A DNA stretch of 64,000 nucleotides, from the NCBI GenBank assembly GCA_003483065.1, contig DMWY01000018.1, positions 8,160-72,159 on the forward strand, read 5' to 3'. This DNA is from Candidatus Moraniibacteriota bacterium. GTDB lineage: Bacteria; Patescibacteriota; Minisyncoccia; Moranbacterales; UBA2206. The notes below the pieces were generated by a model. It saw only the letters and a program-made list of their open reading frames with translations. It did no database searches and was not told the DNA's origin. The translations under genes were made by a program, and so were the position numbers. Numbering within the stretch: position 1 is the first letter of the stretch; each line of letters begins with the position of its first letter. Positions 29,320 to 38,920 of this stretch are shown piece by piece.

Positions 29320-30114
29320 TTATTTCACTTCAAAATTTACTCCCATATTCACCACAATGTCTTGCGTGCCGGAGGAGATTTGCGGTGGAGTACTAGATTT
29401 GGCTTCGGCAGATCCCCCCATTCCAAGTGCTATTGGGGAATTAGCATAATCATAATTATCCGCAGTCATTGGCGCGTCTTCATACCAACTCACCACTTTC
29501 CCAAGTCTTCGAATTCCAGCCGCTTTCGCCAAAGCGCCAGCTTTTTGTCGCGCATCTTCTAGCGCCAAGACTCTCGCTTTTTGTTTCAAGATACTGATGT
29601 CATCAATATAATAATTCACGCCTTGAATCTCATTAGTACCATTGTCGCCTGCTGTCATCACAACACTATTCACAGTTTCAGAATTCTCATCCACTTTTCT
29701 CACTTTGATTGAAATATTTTGACTGGCATTATAGCCAGAAACTTTTGAGGTGCCATCTTTATAATCATAATTTGGATACAGATTATAATTTTGCGTTTTG
29801 ATGTCATCCACTGGAATTCCCAAAGCCAAAACCGCGTCACTTATTTTTTTGATCTTCACATTCAATTGTTCCAGTGCTTCTCCTGCGCTTCCTGCTCTGT
29901 CCACTCGCACGCCCAGCGTCACACTCGCCGTATCCGGTTTATATTCCACTTTCCCCTGCCCATAAACCGTCACTTGATTTTGAATTGGATTTACTAGTCT
30001 CTCCCGCACTAGCGAAACCACCGCCACAACCGTGACAAGAACTAGTCCCGCCAAGATAAGATAGAAACTATATTTCTTCTTATTAAATTCTTCTTTGATG
30101 TTTACTGTCTCCAT
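29320..30114 (-). CDS. SIMPL domain protein (DUF541; BP26/OMP28-like periplasmic protein)
   Basis: N-terminal TM anchor, then YGQGKVEYKPDTASVTLGVRV...QNISIKVRKVD, the characteristic SIMPL pattern. Confidence 0.7.
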   Translation of the reverse strand: METVNIKEEFNKKKYSFYLILAGLVLVTVVAVVSLVRERLVNPIQNQVTVYGQGKVEYKPDTASVTLGVRVDRAGSAGEALEQLNVKIKKISDAVLALGIPVDDIKTQNYNLYPNYDYKDGTSKVSGYNASQNISIKVRKVDENSETVNSVVMTAGDNGTNEIQGVNYYIDDISILKQKARVLALEDARQKAGALAKAAGIRRLGKVVSWYEDAPMTADNYDYANSPIALGMGGSAEAKSSTPPQISSGTQDIVVNMGVNFEVK

Positions 30115-30156
30115 TTTATTTTAAATTAATAATTACAACTTTAAAATTTCTATTTT

Positions 30157-30235
30157 TGTCATCCTCGCGAATGCGGGGATCCAGTCTTAAATCATTAAGT
30201 TTCTACACTAGATTCCCGCCTAGGCGGGAATGACA
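30157..30235. repeat. MITE-like palindromic element, TGTCAT...ATGACA family 3, copy 1
   Basis: tgtcatcc tcgcgaatgcgggg atccagtc...ctacactagattcc cgcctaggcggg aatgaca. Partner copy at 42034..42129. Confidence 0.7.
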
Positions 30236-30369
30236 GAATTTTACATTACTATTATACCACAGAATTTAAAATTGACATTACTCCATTTTTACGCTAATCT
30301 ACATTTTCAAAAAGCTCCTCGTAAAATCACGGGGAATTAACCTTAATAGAAATTTAGGAGGTGGATACC

Positions 30370-30612
30370 ATGAAAGGAGTTACATCATTCGATTCCATTA
30401 GACTAGTTACTCATGCGGTGTGGTTAACGCTAGATGATCTTGATCAGTTAACTGACAAGGAAATCATCGATTATGGCGATGCGTTAGGTGCCACCGTCGG
30501 GCAAGGCGATAATAAAATGATCCTTGTCCAAATCAAAGAAAAATCTCAGCGTTTTCTTTATGTTTGGGAATTGAGGGATTCGCTATATGATTATTTTTTA
30601 AAAAATTCCTGA
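30370..30612 (+). CDS. Hypothetical protein
   Basis: AGGAGG RBS 8 nt upstream of ATG. Followed by a strong terminator. No recognisable motif. Confidence 0.5.
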   Translation: MKGVTSFDSIRLVTHAVWLTLDDLDQLTDKEIIDYGDALGATVGQGDNKMILVQIKEKSQRFLYVWELRDSLYDYFLKNS

Positions 30613-30615
30613 TTT

Positions 30616-30662
30616 CCCCTTAGGCTTCCGAGAGAACATCTCGGGAGCCTAAAATTTTTTTT
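30616..30662 (+). terminator. Rho-independent terminator
   Basis: aggcttccgagagaacatctcgggagcct followed by aaaatttttttt. Confidence 0.7.
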
Positions 30663-30722
30663 AAATTGACATTCCTCTCATTTTTTGCTACCATAAGTTT
30701 TCAAATAATTAATGAATAATCT

Positions 30723-31799
30723 ATGAAAAAATCAATATTTGCCGTTATAATCATTGCTATTATTTTTGGAGGAATGTTTTTTTTGCGTCAAAAAAATAGC
30801 TCTCAGGATGAAATCATAAAGACTCCTCCGGCGCCTACCTTAGTCAAAGTCAAAACCGCTAAAGATAGCAAGAGCCTCAAAGAAATCACCGAATATCCCG
30901 CTATTATTTCCAGCGACAGTGAAGCCACACTAAGCGCCAAAAATTCTGGAATTGTAGTTTCGGCTAACATTGATCTGGGAAAATTTGCCTCAAAAGGTCA
31001 AAATTTGGTCAAAATTGACGATATGGGATCTAATTTAACTTTAGGGAAAAATAATTTCGAAAGCGTTCAGGTTCAGCAATTGGAAATTGCCCTAAAGCAA
31101 GCCAAAAAATCCGAAGATTTGGCGGATGAAAATTATGATGACGACAAAAATGAAAGCACAAAAATTGCACGAGACATTGCCAAGCTTCAAGTTAAAAATG
31201 CCGAACTATCACTTCTTTCTGCCATCGACAGCCGTAATATCGCTTCTCCGATTGCAGGCCAGATAACTGAAAAATTTGTTTCCGTTGGCGATTTAGTTTC
31301 TTTTGGCCAGCCTTTGGCAAAAATAACTAATACTAGTCTGATTAAATTCCAATTTTATGTGGAAAAAGAAAAATTAGCTGATTTGAAAATTGGTCAATCA
31401 CTAGAAATATTAAGCGACGAGCAGGAAAATATTCCCGCTAAAATTATCCGCATTTCTCCATCAGCTGATCCAGCTACCAAAAGATTTCTAATTGAGGCCA
31501 AACCAAATCAAAAGATTACTTCTCCAATCGGAACAATTCTAACTGCTAAAATAGAAATCGAAAGAAAGCCGGGGAAAGAGTCCTCATTCATTCTTCCAAT
31601 TCCCGCTGTTATCATTAGTCAAAATGAGAACTATATTTTCATTGCTGAAAATGAAAAGGCTAGAAAGATTAATGTTTCGATTGAAAAAATAATTGGCGAA
31701 ACGGCTGAAATCAAAGCTGATCTTGCGCCAGAAGACAAAATTATCCTTGAGGGCAACAAATTTCTTGCTCAAGACTCTCTTATAAAAATTGAAGAATAA
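30723..31799 (+). CDS. RND efflux periplasmic adaptor (membrane fusion protein, HlyD/AcrA family)
   Basis: N-terminal TM, biotin-lipoyl-like hairpin (ISSDSEATLSAKNSGIVVSANIDLGKFASKGQNLVKID...IASPIAGQITEKFVSVGDLVSFGQPLAKI). Confidence 0.8.
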   Translation: MKKSIFAVIIIAIIFGGMFFLRQKNSSQDEIIKTPPAPTLVKVKTAKDSKSLKEITEYPAIISSDSEATLSAKNSGIVVSANIDLGKFASKGQNLVKIDDMGSNLTLGKNNFESVQVQQLEIALKQAKKSEDLADENYDDDKNESTKIARDIAKLQVKNAELSLLSAIDSRNIASPIAGQITEKFVSVGDLVSFGQPLAKITNTSLIKFQFYVEKEKLADLKIGQSLEILSDEQENIPAKIIRISPSADPATKRFLIEAKPNQKITSPIGTILTAKIEIERKPGKESSFILPIPAVIISQNENYIFIAENEKARKINVSIEKIIGETAEIKADLAPEDKIILEGNKFLAQDSLIKIEE

Positions 31800-31806
31800 A
31801 AATATT

Positions 31807-34800
31807 ATGAATAATAAAGAAATACAAGAAAGCTGTCCCCAGAATGATTCGTCACTTTCTTCTGATTCGGCTTATTTGGAAAAATTGGAGTTTGATCCAG
31901 CACTCAAAAAAACTTGGCTTAATTTTTTTGTGTCTAATTTTCGCGTAGTAGTTCTACTTATCATCCTTCTTTCTAGTTGGGGAATTTATTCTTTCATAAA
32001 TTTGCCCCTAGAATCCAATCCGGAAGTCAAAATTCCTTTTGCAGTTGTGACCACTGTTTTTCCTGGTGCTTCTCCGTCTGATGTTGAAGAATTAGTGACT
32101 AAAAAATTAGAAACGGCTATTTCGGGAGTTAAGGGGATAAAAAAAATCACTTCCGATTCCACCAATTCTTTCTCTGCTATTTCGGTGGAATTTGATACTT
32201 CAGAAAATCAAGATGATGCTTTGCGCAATCTAAAAGATAGGGTTGCTACAGTCAAAGACTTGCCGGAAGATGCCAATGATCCGCAGACGAATGAAATTTC
32301 CTTCGACAGCACCCCGATTTTTACTTTTTCTATTTCAGGAAATTATGATGACTTCACGCTCAGGACACAAGCGGAAAAGATTAAAGATGAACTGGAAAAG
32401 ATTTCTGGCGTGCAAGAAGTTAATATTTTCGGAGGCGATGAAAAAGAATTTGAAATTGCTTATGATCCGCAAAAATTGACTTACTATAACATCACTGTTG
32501 GCCAAGCCAATCAGGTCGTAGCTTCACTTAATCATATTTTCCCAGGAGGAAATTTTGAAGGAGAAAAATTCAACTATCCCGTGAGCGTTGACGGTAGATT
32601 TTTTAACGCCGAAAAATTAGGCAATATTCCACTGACTCATATTCAAAATGGAAATATTTTGTATCTCAAAGATGTCGCCAAAGTTTCAGAAAAATCCATC
32701 AAAAAAACCATTTATTCCCGACTTTCTATAAACGGCCAAGAACCTCAAAGTGCAGTGACAGTGAGTTTGGTCAAAAAAACTGGCGGTTCAATTGTTGATA
32801 TTGTTGATGAAGCCAAAAAAGTTATTGCGACTCAACTGGAAACTTTTCCTCCCGGAACAACCTACCAAATAACTACTGATTTTTCAGAAATAATCAGAAA
32901 GGATTTTAAGCAACTCACTCACGATTTTGTCCTCACCTTGATTTTAGTTTTTGGAATTCTCTTTTTAATCGTCGGTCTCAAAGAAGCCATTGTGGCAGGA
33001 CTAGCTATTCCATTGGTCTTTTTCGCTACTTTTGGCGTAATGGTCCAAACAGGAATTTCTCTTAATTTTCTTTCTATATTTTCCCTTATCCTTTCTTTAG
33101 GACTTCTCGTAGATGATGCTATCGTCGTTGTGAGCGCTACGAAACAATATTTGAAAACTGGAAAATTCACTCCGGAAGAAGCTGTGCTTTTGGTGCTTCG
33201 CGACTTTAAAGTCGTTTTGACCTCAACTACGCTGGCTACTACTTGGGCATTTTTGCCTTTGCTTTTGTCAACTGGAATTATCGGTTCATTTATCAAATCT
33301 ATTCCCATTACTGTTTCCGTCACTCTGATTTCTTCTCTGATTATTGCATTAGCCATCAATCATCCCCTAGCCGCTGTTTTGGAAAGAATCCGACTTACCA
33401 AAAAATTCTTCTTCGTTATTGAATTTTTTCTTTTGGCAATTTTTGCAAGCCTAATTTATTTTGGTGGTTTTTGGAATTATCTTTTCGGCGCTATTTTTGC
33501 ATTTATCTTTCTGTGGCTAATGCATTGGTATGAAAAAGGCGGAGAAGAAAAATTAGAAAGCAATAAGATACTTGCTGAAAAAGAATGGTACGACGATGAT
33601 TTGATTAAGCTAAAATTAAAAACCCAAGGGGAAAGCAAGGATATGAGTTTTGCCAGTCGACTAATTCACGGCATTATTCATTTTGACAAAGTTATCCCAA
33701 TTTATGAAAAATATCTAAGAATGGCAATTTGCACCAAAAAAAGACGTACTATTGTCCTTTTTGCCACTGCGCTACTTTTCATCTCTTCTGTCCTCCTGCC
33801 AATTTTTGGAATTGTTCCAATGGAATTTTTCCCCGCTTCAGATGAAAATAATTTATATATTAATGTAGAAAAAGCGGTCGGTTTGAATTTAGATGAAACT
33901 GACAAAACTGTCCAGGAATTGGAAAGGAGATTATTGAATTATAAGGAAATTATCAATTTCTCCACTGTCACAGGAAAACAAGGTGCTTCCCCAAGTGGTG
34001 GAGGAGATTTTTCTAGTGGTTCTTCCAACAAAGCCTCTATCACAATCACTCTATCAGACAAAGAAGCTCGTGAAATAACCTCCTATGATTTAGCCAAAAA
34101 AATTAGAGATGATTTTTCTAATATTCAAGAGGCTGATATCACTGTCGAATCTGCTCAGGGTGGTCCGCCATCAGGCTCAGCTTTTGAAGCGCAAATTATT
34201 GGTGATGATTTACAAGAATTAGATCGCGTTGCCAATGAACTAAAACCCATCCTCGCGTCAATCTCTGGCGTAGTGGATATAAAATCATCTCTGAAAGACG
34301 CTCCGGCGCAATATACTTTTTTGCTTGATCCGATAAAACTAGCTTTTCATAATCTAAGTGCGCCAAATGTTGGCACAACTATTCGCACTGCTATTTCTGG
34401 AACGGAGATTAGTACTATAATTGAAGATAACAAAGAAATTTCCATCAATGCTCGTTTTGACGAGAAAAAAATTCCAACACTGGAAACTATTCAAAATCTT
34501 GAAATTACCAATTCCAACGGACAACCAATTTTCATAAAAGATGTAGCCAAAGTCGAGCTCAAACCTTCCGTTGACACCATCACAAGAATTGATCAAAAAA
34601 GAGCAGTGGTTCTCAGTGCTGGAGTTGAAGGAGGAGTGAGATCAAATGAGGTGGTAGCCCAGTTTCAAAAGAAATTGAAAAATGATTATGTTTTGCCGGA
34701 AGGCTATGTCATTACTTATGGCGGAGAAAATGAACAAAATGCCGAGTCAGTTCTTTCCATCATTCGCGCCATGGCCATTGCCGGAATTCTCATTGTTTCC

Positions 34801-35238
34801 ACTCTCATCATTCAATTCAACTCCTTCAAAAAAGCTATGATTGTGCTCATCACCCTGCCACTCGCCCTCATCGGCGTTTTCTATGGTTTGGCAATTTTCG
34901 GTGTCGCCCTTTCTTTCCCAGGACTAATTGGAATTCTGGCGCTTTTTGGTATCGTAGTGAAAAACGCCATTATTCTCATTGACAAAATAAACTTGAACAT
35001 TAAATTTGGTATTCCTTTTTATGATTCTATTATAGACGCCGGCAAATCTCGCCTAGAAGCCATTTTCATCACTTCCATCGCCACAATTTTTGGCCTCATC
35101 CCCATCACTCTTTCTGACGCCACTTGGATGGCGCTGGGCAGTGCTGTCATTTTCGGCCTAATGTTTTCTTCATTCTTAACCTTATTTGTTGTCCCGCTTT
35201 TATATGTCAGCTGGATTTCACAGAAAGAAAGATTTTAG
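31807..35238 (+). CDS. RND efflux transporter permease (AcrB/HAE1 family)
   Basis: About 1140 aa with 12 TM helices in a 1+5 / 1+5 arrangement and two large periplasmic loops. Typical AcrB C-terminal region. Translationally coupled to the adaptor. Confidence 0.85.
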   Translation: MNNKEIQESCPQNDSSLSSDSAYLEKLEFDPALKKTWLNFFVSNFRVVVLLIILLSSWGIYSFINLPLESNPEVKIPFAVVTTVFPGASPSDVEELVTKKLETAISGVKGIKKITSDSTNSFSAISVEFDTSENQDDALRNLKDRVATVKDLPEDANDPQTNEISFDSTPIFTFSISGNYDDFTLRTQAEKIKDELEKISGVQEVNIFGGDEKEFEIAYDPQKLTYYNITVGQANQVVASLNHIFPGGNFEGEKFNYPVSVDGRFFNAEKLGNIPLTHIQNGNILYLKDVAKVSEKSIKKTIYSRLSINGQEPQSAVTVSLVKKTGGSIVDIVDEAKKVIATQLETFPPGTTYQITTDFSEIIRKDFKQLTHDFVLTLILVFGILFLIVGLKEAIVAGLAIPLVFFATFGVMVQTGISLNFLSIFSLILSLGLLVDDAIVVVSATKQYLKTGKFTPEEAVLLVLRDFKVVLTSTTLATTWAFLPLLLSTGIIGSFIKSIPITVSVTLISSLIIALAINHPLAAVLERIRLTKKFFFVIEFFLLAIFASLIYFGGFWNYLFGAIFAFIFLWLMHWYEKGGEEKLESNKILAEKEWYDDDLIKLKLKTQGESKDMSFASRLIHGIIHFDKVIPIYEKYLRMAICTKKRRTIVLFATALLFISSVLLPIFGIVPMEFFPASDENNLYINVEKAVGLNLDETDKTVQELERRLLNYKEIINFSTVTGKQGASPSGGGDFSSGSSNKASITITLSDKEAREITSYDLAKKIRDDFSNIQEADITVESAQGGPPSGSAFEAQIIGDDLQELDRVANELKPILASISGVVDIKSSLKDAPAQYTFLLDPIKLAFHNLSAPNVGTTIRTAISGTEISTIIEDNKEISINARFDEKKIPTLETIQNLEITNSNGQPIFIKDVAKVELKPSVDTITRIDQKRAVVLSAGVEGGVRSNEVVAQFQKKLKNDYVLPEGYVITYGGENEQNAESVLSIIRAMAIAGILIVSTLIIQFNSFKKAMIVLITLPLALIGVFYGLAIFGVALSFPGLIGILALFGIVVKNAIILIDKINLNIKFGIPFYDSIIDAGKSRLEAIFITSIATIFGLIPITLSDATWMALGSAVIFGLMFSSFLTLFVVPLLYVSWISQKERF

Positions 35239-35289
35239 AATTTGACCTTTTGCAATTTTTGTATATAATATAGATGAAGCCTTGATGCG

Positions 35290-35456
35290 ACCCCACCAAC
35301 CGCGGAGCTTCCGCCCAAAGTTAGCGATATAACTTTTCAAAGAGCGCCCAAATGATATGGGAATTCGAGTGGAACCGTCCTAAGATAATAGGACCTCGAA
35401 ATCTAATATTATTTTGGTGCTTTTTTATTTTTAATAATTAAATAAATTTCAAATTT
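35290..35456 (+). promoter_or_regulatory. Structured thrS leader, weak T-box candidate (Thr ACC specifier?)
   Basis: Promoter-like ttgcaa...tataat at 35255..35280. Leader contains TGATG (GA motif), ccccACCAacc (ACC followed by A) and GGGAATTCGAGTGGAACCGTCC, a partial match to the T-box core with a UGGA bulge. No clean terminator. Confidence 0.3.
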
Positions 35457-37217
35457 ATGTCAAACAAAAAAACCACTCCTAACGATTTAGACATCCTTCG
35501 CCACTCAGCATCACACGTAATGGCATCAGCAGTCCTCGAAATGTTTCCAGAAGCCAAGTTTGCTATTGGCCCCTCCATTGAAAACGGCTTTTATTATGAC
35601 TTTGAGCTTCCACGAACTCTCATTCCAGAAGACTTGGAAATTCTTGAAGAAAAAATGCGAGCCATCATCAAGGCCAATCACCCTTTTGAACGTGCAGAGA
35701 TTTCTTTTGCAGATGCGCTAAAAGATTTCAAAAAAGCTAACCAACCCTACAAAGTTGAGCTTATCAAAGATCTTGAAAAATCCCAAGAAACTAATAAGCC
35801 ACTAAACCAATTAACTATTTACAAATCCGGAGTTTTTGTCGACCTCTGCAGTGGCCCACATCTTGAATCAACCGGAGAAATTCCAGCTGACGCCTTCAAG
35901 CTCACCAAAATCTCCGGTGCTTATTGGCGAGGTGATGAAAAAAATAAAATGCTTCAAAGAATTTATGGTGTGGCTTTTGGAAGCAAAAATGATTTGAAAG
36001 AATATTTGCATATGATTGAAGAAGCGGAAAAAAGAAACCATGTTAAATTAGGAAAGGAACTCCGATTATTTTCTACTCACATTGAAGGACCGGGTTTTCC
36101 ATTTTTTCATCCAAAGGGAATGATAGTTTGGAATGAGCTTATCAAGTATTGGAAAGAAGAACATACAAAAGAGAATTACCAAGAAATAAGCACGCCAATT
36201 ATTCTCAATCGAACTCTTTGGGAAAAAAGTGGCCACTGGGATCACTACAAAGATAATATGTATTTTACCAAAATTGATGAAACTGATTATGCGGTGAAAC
36301 CTATGAATTGCCCAGGAGGAATTTTAGTTTACAAATCCGATATGCATAGCTACAAAGAATTACCTCTTAAGTTAGCGGAGATTGGCCTCGTCCATCGACA
36401 TGAACTCTCCGGAACCTTAAATGGACTTTTTCGAGTGCGTATGTTTCGACAAGACGATGCTCACATCTATTGCATGGAGAATCAAATCAAGGATGAGATA
36501 ATTAAACTGACAAAAATGATTGAACGAATTTATAAAACTTTTGGATTGTCATATCATATGGAACTATCCACTCGACCAGAAAATTCAACCGGTACGGACA
36601 AGATATGGGAACAAGCTGAAAATGCCCTGAAGGATGCTTTGAATGAAATGAAAGTTGATTATAAACTAAATCCGGGAGATGGAGCTTTTTACGGACCAAA
36701 AATAGATTTTCATATTAAAGACGCTATTGGCAGAACTTGGCAATGCGGAACAATTCAGCTTGATTTTTCAATGCCGGAAAGATTCGATTTGACCTATATC
36801 GGCGAAGATGGCAAAGAACATCGACCCGTAATGCTTCATCGGGTTATTTATGGCGCAGTAGAGCGCTTCATGGGAATTCTTATTGAACACTATGCCGGTG
36901 CCTTCCCTCTTTGGCTCTCCCCTGTGCAAGTAGCAATTTTGCCAGTCAGTGAAAAGTTTGAAAAATATGCCAAAGATGTAGAGACGCAATTTATTGCCTC
37001 TGGTATTCGTGTGGAATTATATAACCAATCCGAGTCACTCGGCAAAAGAATTCGCGAAGCCGAAAAGCAAAAAATTCCATATATGCTCGTAGTCGGAGAA
37101 AAAGAAGAAGCCGACAACTCTGTAGCTGTGCGCTCCCGAGGAACGAAAGATCAAGAAGTTATGAAAGTAGAAAATTTTGTTGAAAAAATTATCGCAGAAA
37201 TTAAGGAGAAGAAATAA
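35457..37217 (+). CDS. thrS: Threonine--tRNA ligase (short form lacking N-terminal TGS domain)
   Basis: Editing/second-addition domain HSASHVMA, class II core (RVRMFRQDDAHIYC, GPKIDF), C-terminal anticodon-binding domain. Confidence 0.9.
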   Translation: MSNKKTTPNDLDILRHSASHVMASAVLEMFPEAKFAIGPSIENGFYYDFELPRTLIPEDLEILEEKMRAIIKANHPFERAEISFADALKDFKKANQPYKVELIKDLEKSQETNKPLNQLTIYKSGVFVDLCSGPHLESTGEIPADAFKLTKISGAYWRGDEKNKMLQRIYGVAFGSKNDLKEYLHMIEEAEKRNHVKLGKELRLFSTHIEGPGFPFFHPKGMIVWNELIKYWKEEHTKENYQEISTPIILNRTLWEKSGHWDHYKDNMYFTKIDETDYAVKPMNCPGGILVYKSDMHSYKELPLKLAEIGLVHRHELSGTLNGLFRVRMFRQDDAHIYCMENQIKDEIIKLTKMIERIYKTFGLSYHMELSTRPENSTGTDKIWEQAENALKDALNEMKVDYKLNPGDGAFYGPKIDFHIKDAIGRTWQCGTIQLDFSMPERFDLTYIGEDGKEHRPVMLHRVIYGAVERFMGILIEHYAGAFPLWLSPVQVAILPVSEKFEKYAKDVETQFIASGIRVELYNQSESLGKRIREAEKQKIPYMLVVGEKEEADNSVAVRSRGTKDQEVMKVENFVEKIIAEIKEKK

Positions 37218-37231
37218 ATATTCATTATTTT

Positions 37232-37450
37232 CCCCCACCCCATAAAATAAAGAATTTAAATTGAGATTTTCGAGCGTTAAGAAATTCCTCATCTTCGCTC
37301 GATGTACTCATCGAGCCTAGGAATTTTAGCGAGAAAATCGAAAATTTATTTCTTTATTTTATTTGGGTGGCCTTTTTCTTTTTTGCCACTTTTCTTTTGG
37401 GAAAAGAAAAGTGGCGAGGAGTTTTTTGAGGCAAAGAAAAAGTAAGAATA
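37232..37450 (+). repeat. Structured intergenic repeat family R200, copy 3 (between thrS and miaB)
   Basis: ccccaccccataaaataaagaatttaaatt...aatttatttctttattttatttgggtgg with the conserved core and a second hairpin gccacttttcttttgggaaaagaaaagtggc. Ends 6 nt before the miaB ATG. Confidence 0.75.
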
Positions 37451-37456
37451 GAATTT

Positions 37457-38902
37457 ATGAAATACCACATCAAAACATTTGGTTGCCAGATGAACATTTC
37501 AGATAGCGAAAGAATTGCTAGCTTTTTGGAGTCGCAAAAAATTAAACCAACCGAAGAAATAACAAAAGCTGATTTGGTTATTTTTAATACTTGTGGAATA
37601 AGACAGATGGCTGAGGATCGTGTTTATGGACAAATACATAATATCAGAAAACAAGAATCAATGATCAATGATCAACAAAAAAAGAAAACTATTATTCTCA
37701 CCGGATGTTTAGCTAATCGAAAAGATGTGCAGAGAAGATTGAAAAATAAGGTTGATTTGTTTTGTGAGATTAAAGATTTTCAAAAGGAATTTAGAAATTG
37801 GATAATTGGAAATTATTTGGAAATTGGAAATTGGAAATTGGAAATTCCGGCACAACAAAAAAACACGCCATGCTCAGATTATTTATCCATCAACCCCAAA
37901 TACAATAATTCGCATAGCGCCTTCGTGCCGGTTATGACCGGTTGCAACAATTTCTGTTCCTATTGCGTTGTGCCATACGCCAGAGGACGCGAAGTTTCAA
38001 GGCCTTCAAAGGAAATAATTATGGAAATAAAAAACCTGCTCAAAAATGGTTGCAAAGAAATAATTCTTCTTGGACAGAATGTGAATTCTTATCAGCATAT
38101 GCCCTCTCCCCAACCCTCTCCCGATTACGGGAGAGGGGGTAATTCCAATCCTTCTCCCCCTTTGGGGGAGATGTCGCGTACTCGCGACAGAGAGGGTGAC
38201 GTTGTAAATTTCCCCAAACTCTTGCAACTCATCGAAAAAATTCCCGGCCATTTTTGGATTTCTTTTATGTCTAGCCACCCGAAAGATTTTTCTTCGGAAT
38301 TAATTGAAACAATTGCGAAATCGAAAAAAATATGTGAGCATATCCATCTCCCCTTGCAAGCTGGAGACGACAAGATTCTTTTAGCAATGAATCGAAAATA
38401 CACCGCCAAAAAATATTTAAACCTAGTAGCAAAAATAAAGTCCGCTTTCGCTAAATATAAACCCAATAAATTATATTCCATCACCACCGATATAATTGTC
38501 GGTTTTCCCGGAGAAACAAAAAAACAATTTCTTGAGTCGGCGTGCGTCATGAAAAAAGTCGGCTATGATCTTGTCTATTTTGGCCAATTCTCTCCCCGCC
38601 CAGGAACTGTTGCTTTTAAAATGAAAGATAATGTTTCCAAAATCGAAAAAAAGAAACGGGAATTTTTTCTCAATGAAATCCTAAAAGAAACTGCTCTTGG
38701 AAATAATCAAAAATATCTTGGAAAAATTTTGGAGGTTCTCATTGATAAAAAGGAAGGTGCTAATTATTTCGGCCGAACTCACTCATTAAAAAATGTGAAG
38801 ATTATTTCCACACAGAAAAATTTGGTCGGAAAATTTGTAAAGGTAAAAATAACCAAAGCTAATATTTGGAATTTGGAAGCTTCTCTTTACATAAAGCCAT
38901 AA
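37457..38902 (+). CDS. miaB: tRNA (N6-isopentenyl-adenosine) methylthiotransferase MiaB-like radical SAM enzyme
   Basis: MTTase N domain (KTFGCQMNISDSE), radical SAM CxxxCxxC (GCNNFCSYCVVPYARG), C-terminal TRAM domain. Carries a tandem double in-frame palindromic insertion at 38102..38196. Confidence 0.85.
   Translation: MKYHIKTFGCQMNISDSERIASFLESQKIKPTEEITKADLVIFNTCGIRQMAEDRVYGQIHNIRKQESMINDQQKKKTIILTGCLANRKDVQRRLKNKVDLFCEIKDFQKEFRNWIIGNYLEIGNWKLEIPAQQKNTPCSDYLSINPKYNNSHSAFVPVMTGCNNFCSYCVVPYARGREVSRPSKEIIMEIKNLLKNGCKEIILLGQNVNSYQHMPSPQPSPDYGRGGNSNPSPPLGEMSRTRDREGDVVNFPKLLQLIEKIPGHFWISFMSSHPKDFSSELIETIAKSKKICEHIHLPLQAGDDKILLAMNRKYTAKKYLNLVAKIKSAFAKYKPNKLYSITTDIIVGFPGETKKQFLESACVMKKVGYDLVYFGQFSPRPGTVAFKMKDNVSKIEKKKREFFLNEILKETALGNNQKYLGKILEVLIDKKEGANYFGRTHSLKNVKIISTQKNLVGKFVKVKITKANIWNLEASLYIKP
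38102..38196 (+). repeat. In-frame palindromic insertion elements (PIE) copy D, two tandem units inside miaB
   Basis: ccctctccccaaccctctccc gattac gggagaggggg...ccttctccccctttgggggag atgtcgcgtactcgcgacag agaggg. Encodes MPSPQPSPDYGRGGNSNPSPPLGEMSRTRDREGD between the radical SAM and TRAM domains. Confidence 0.8.
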
Positions 38903-38920
38903 TTACCTTATATTATTTCT

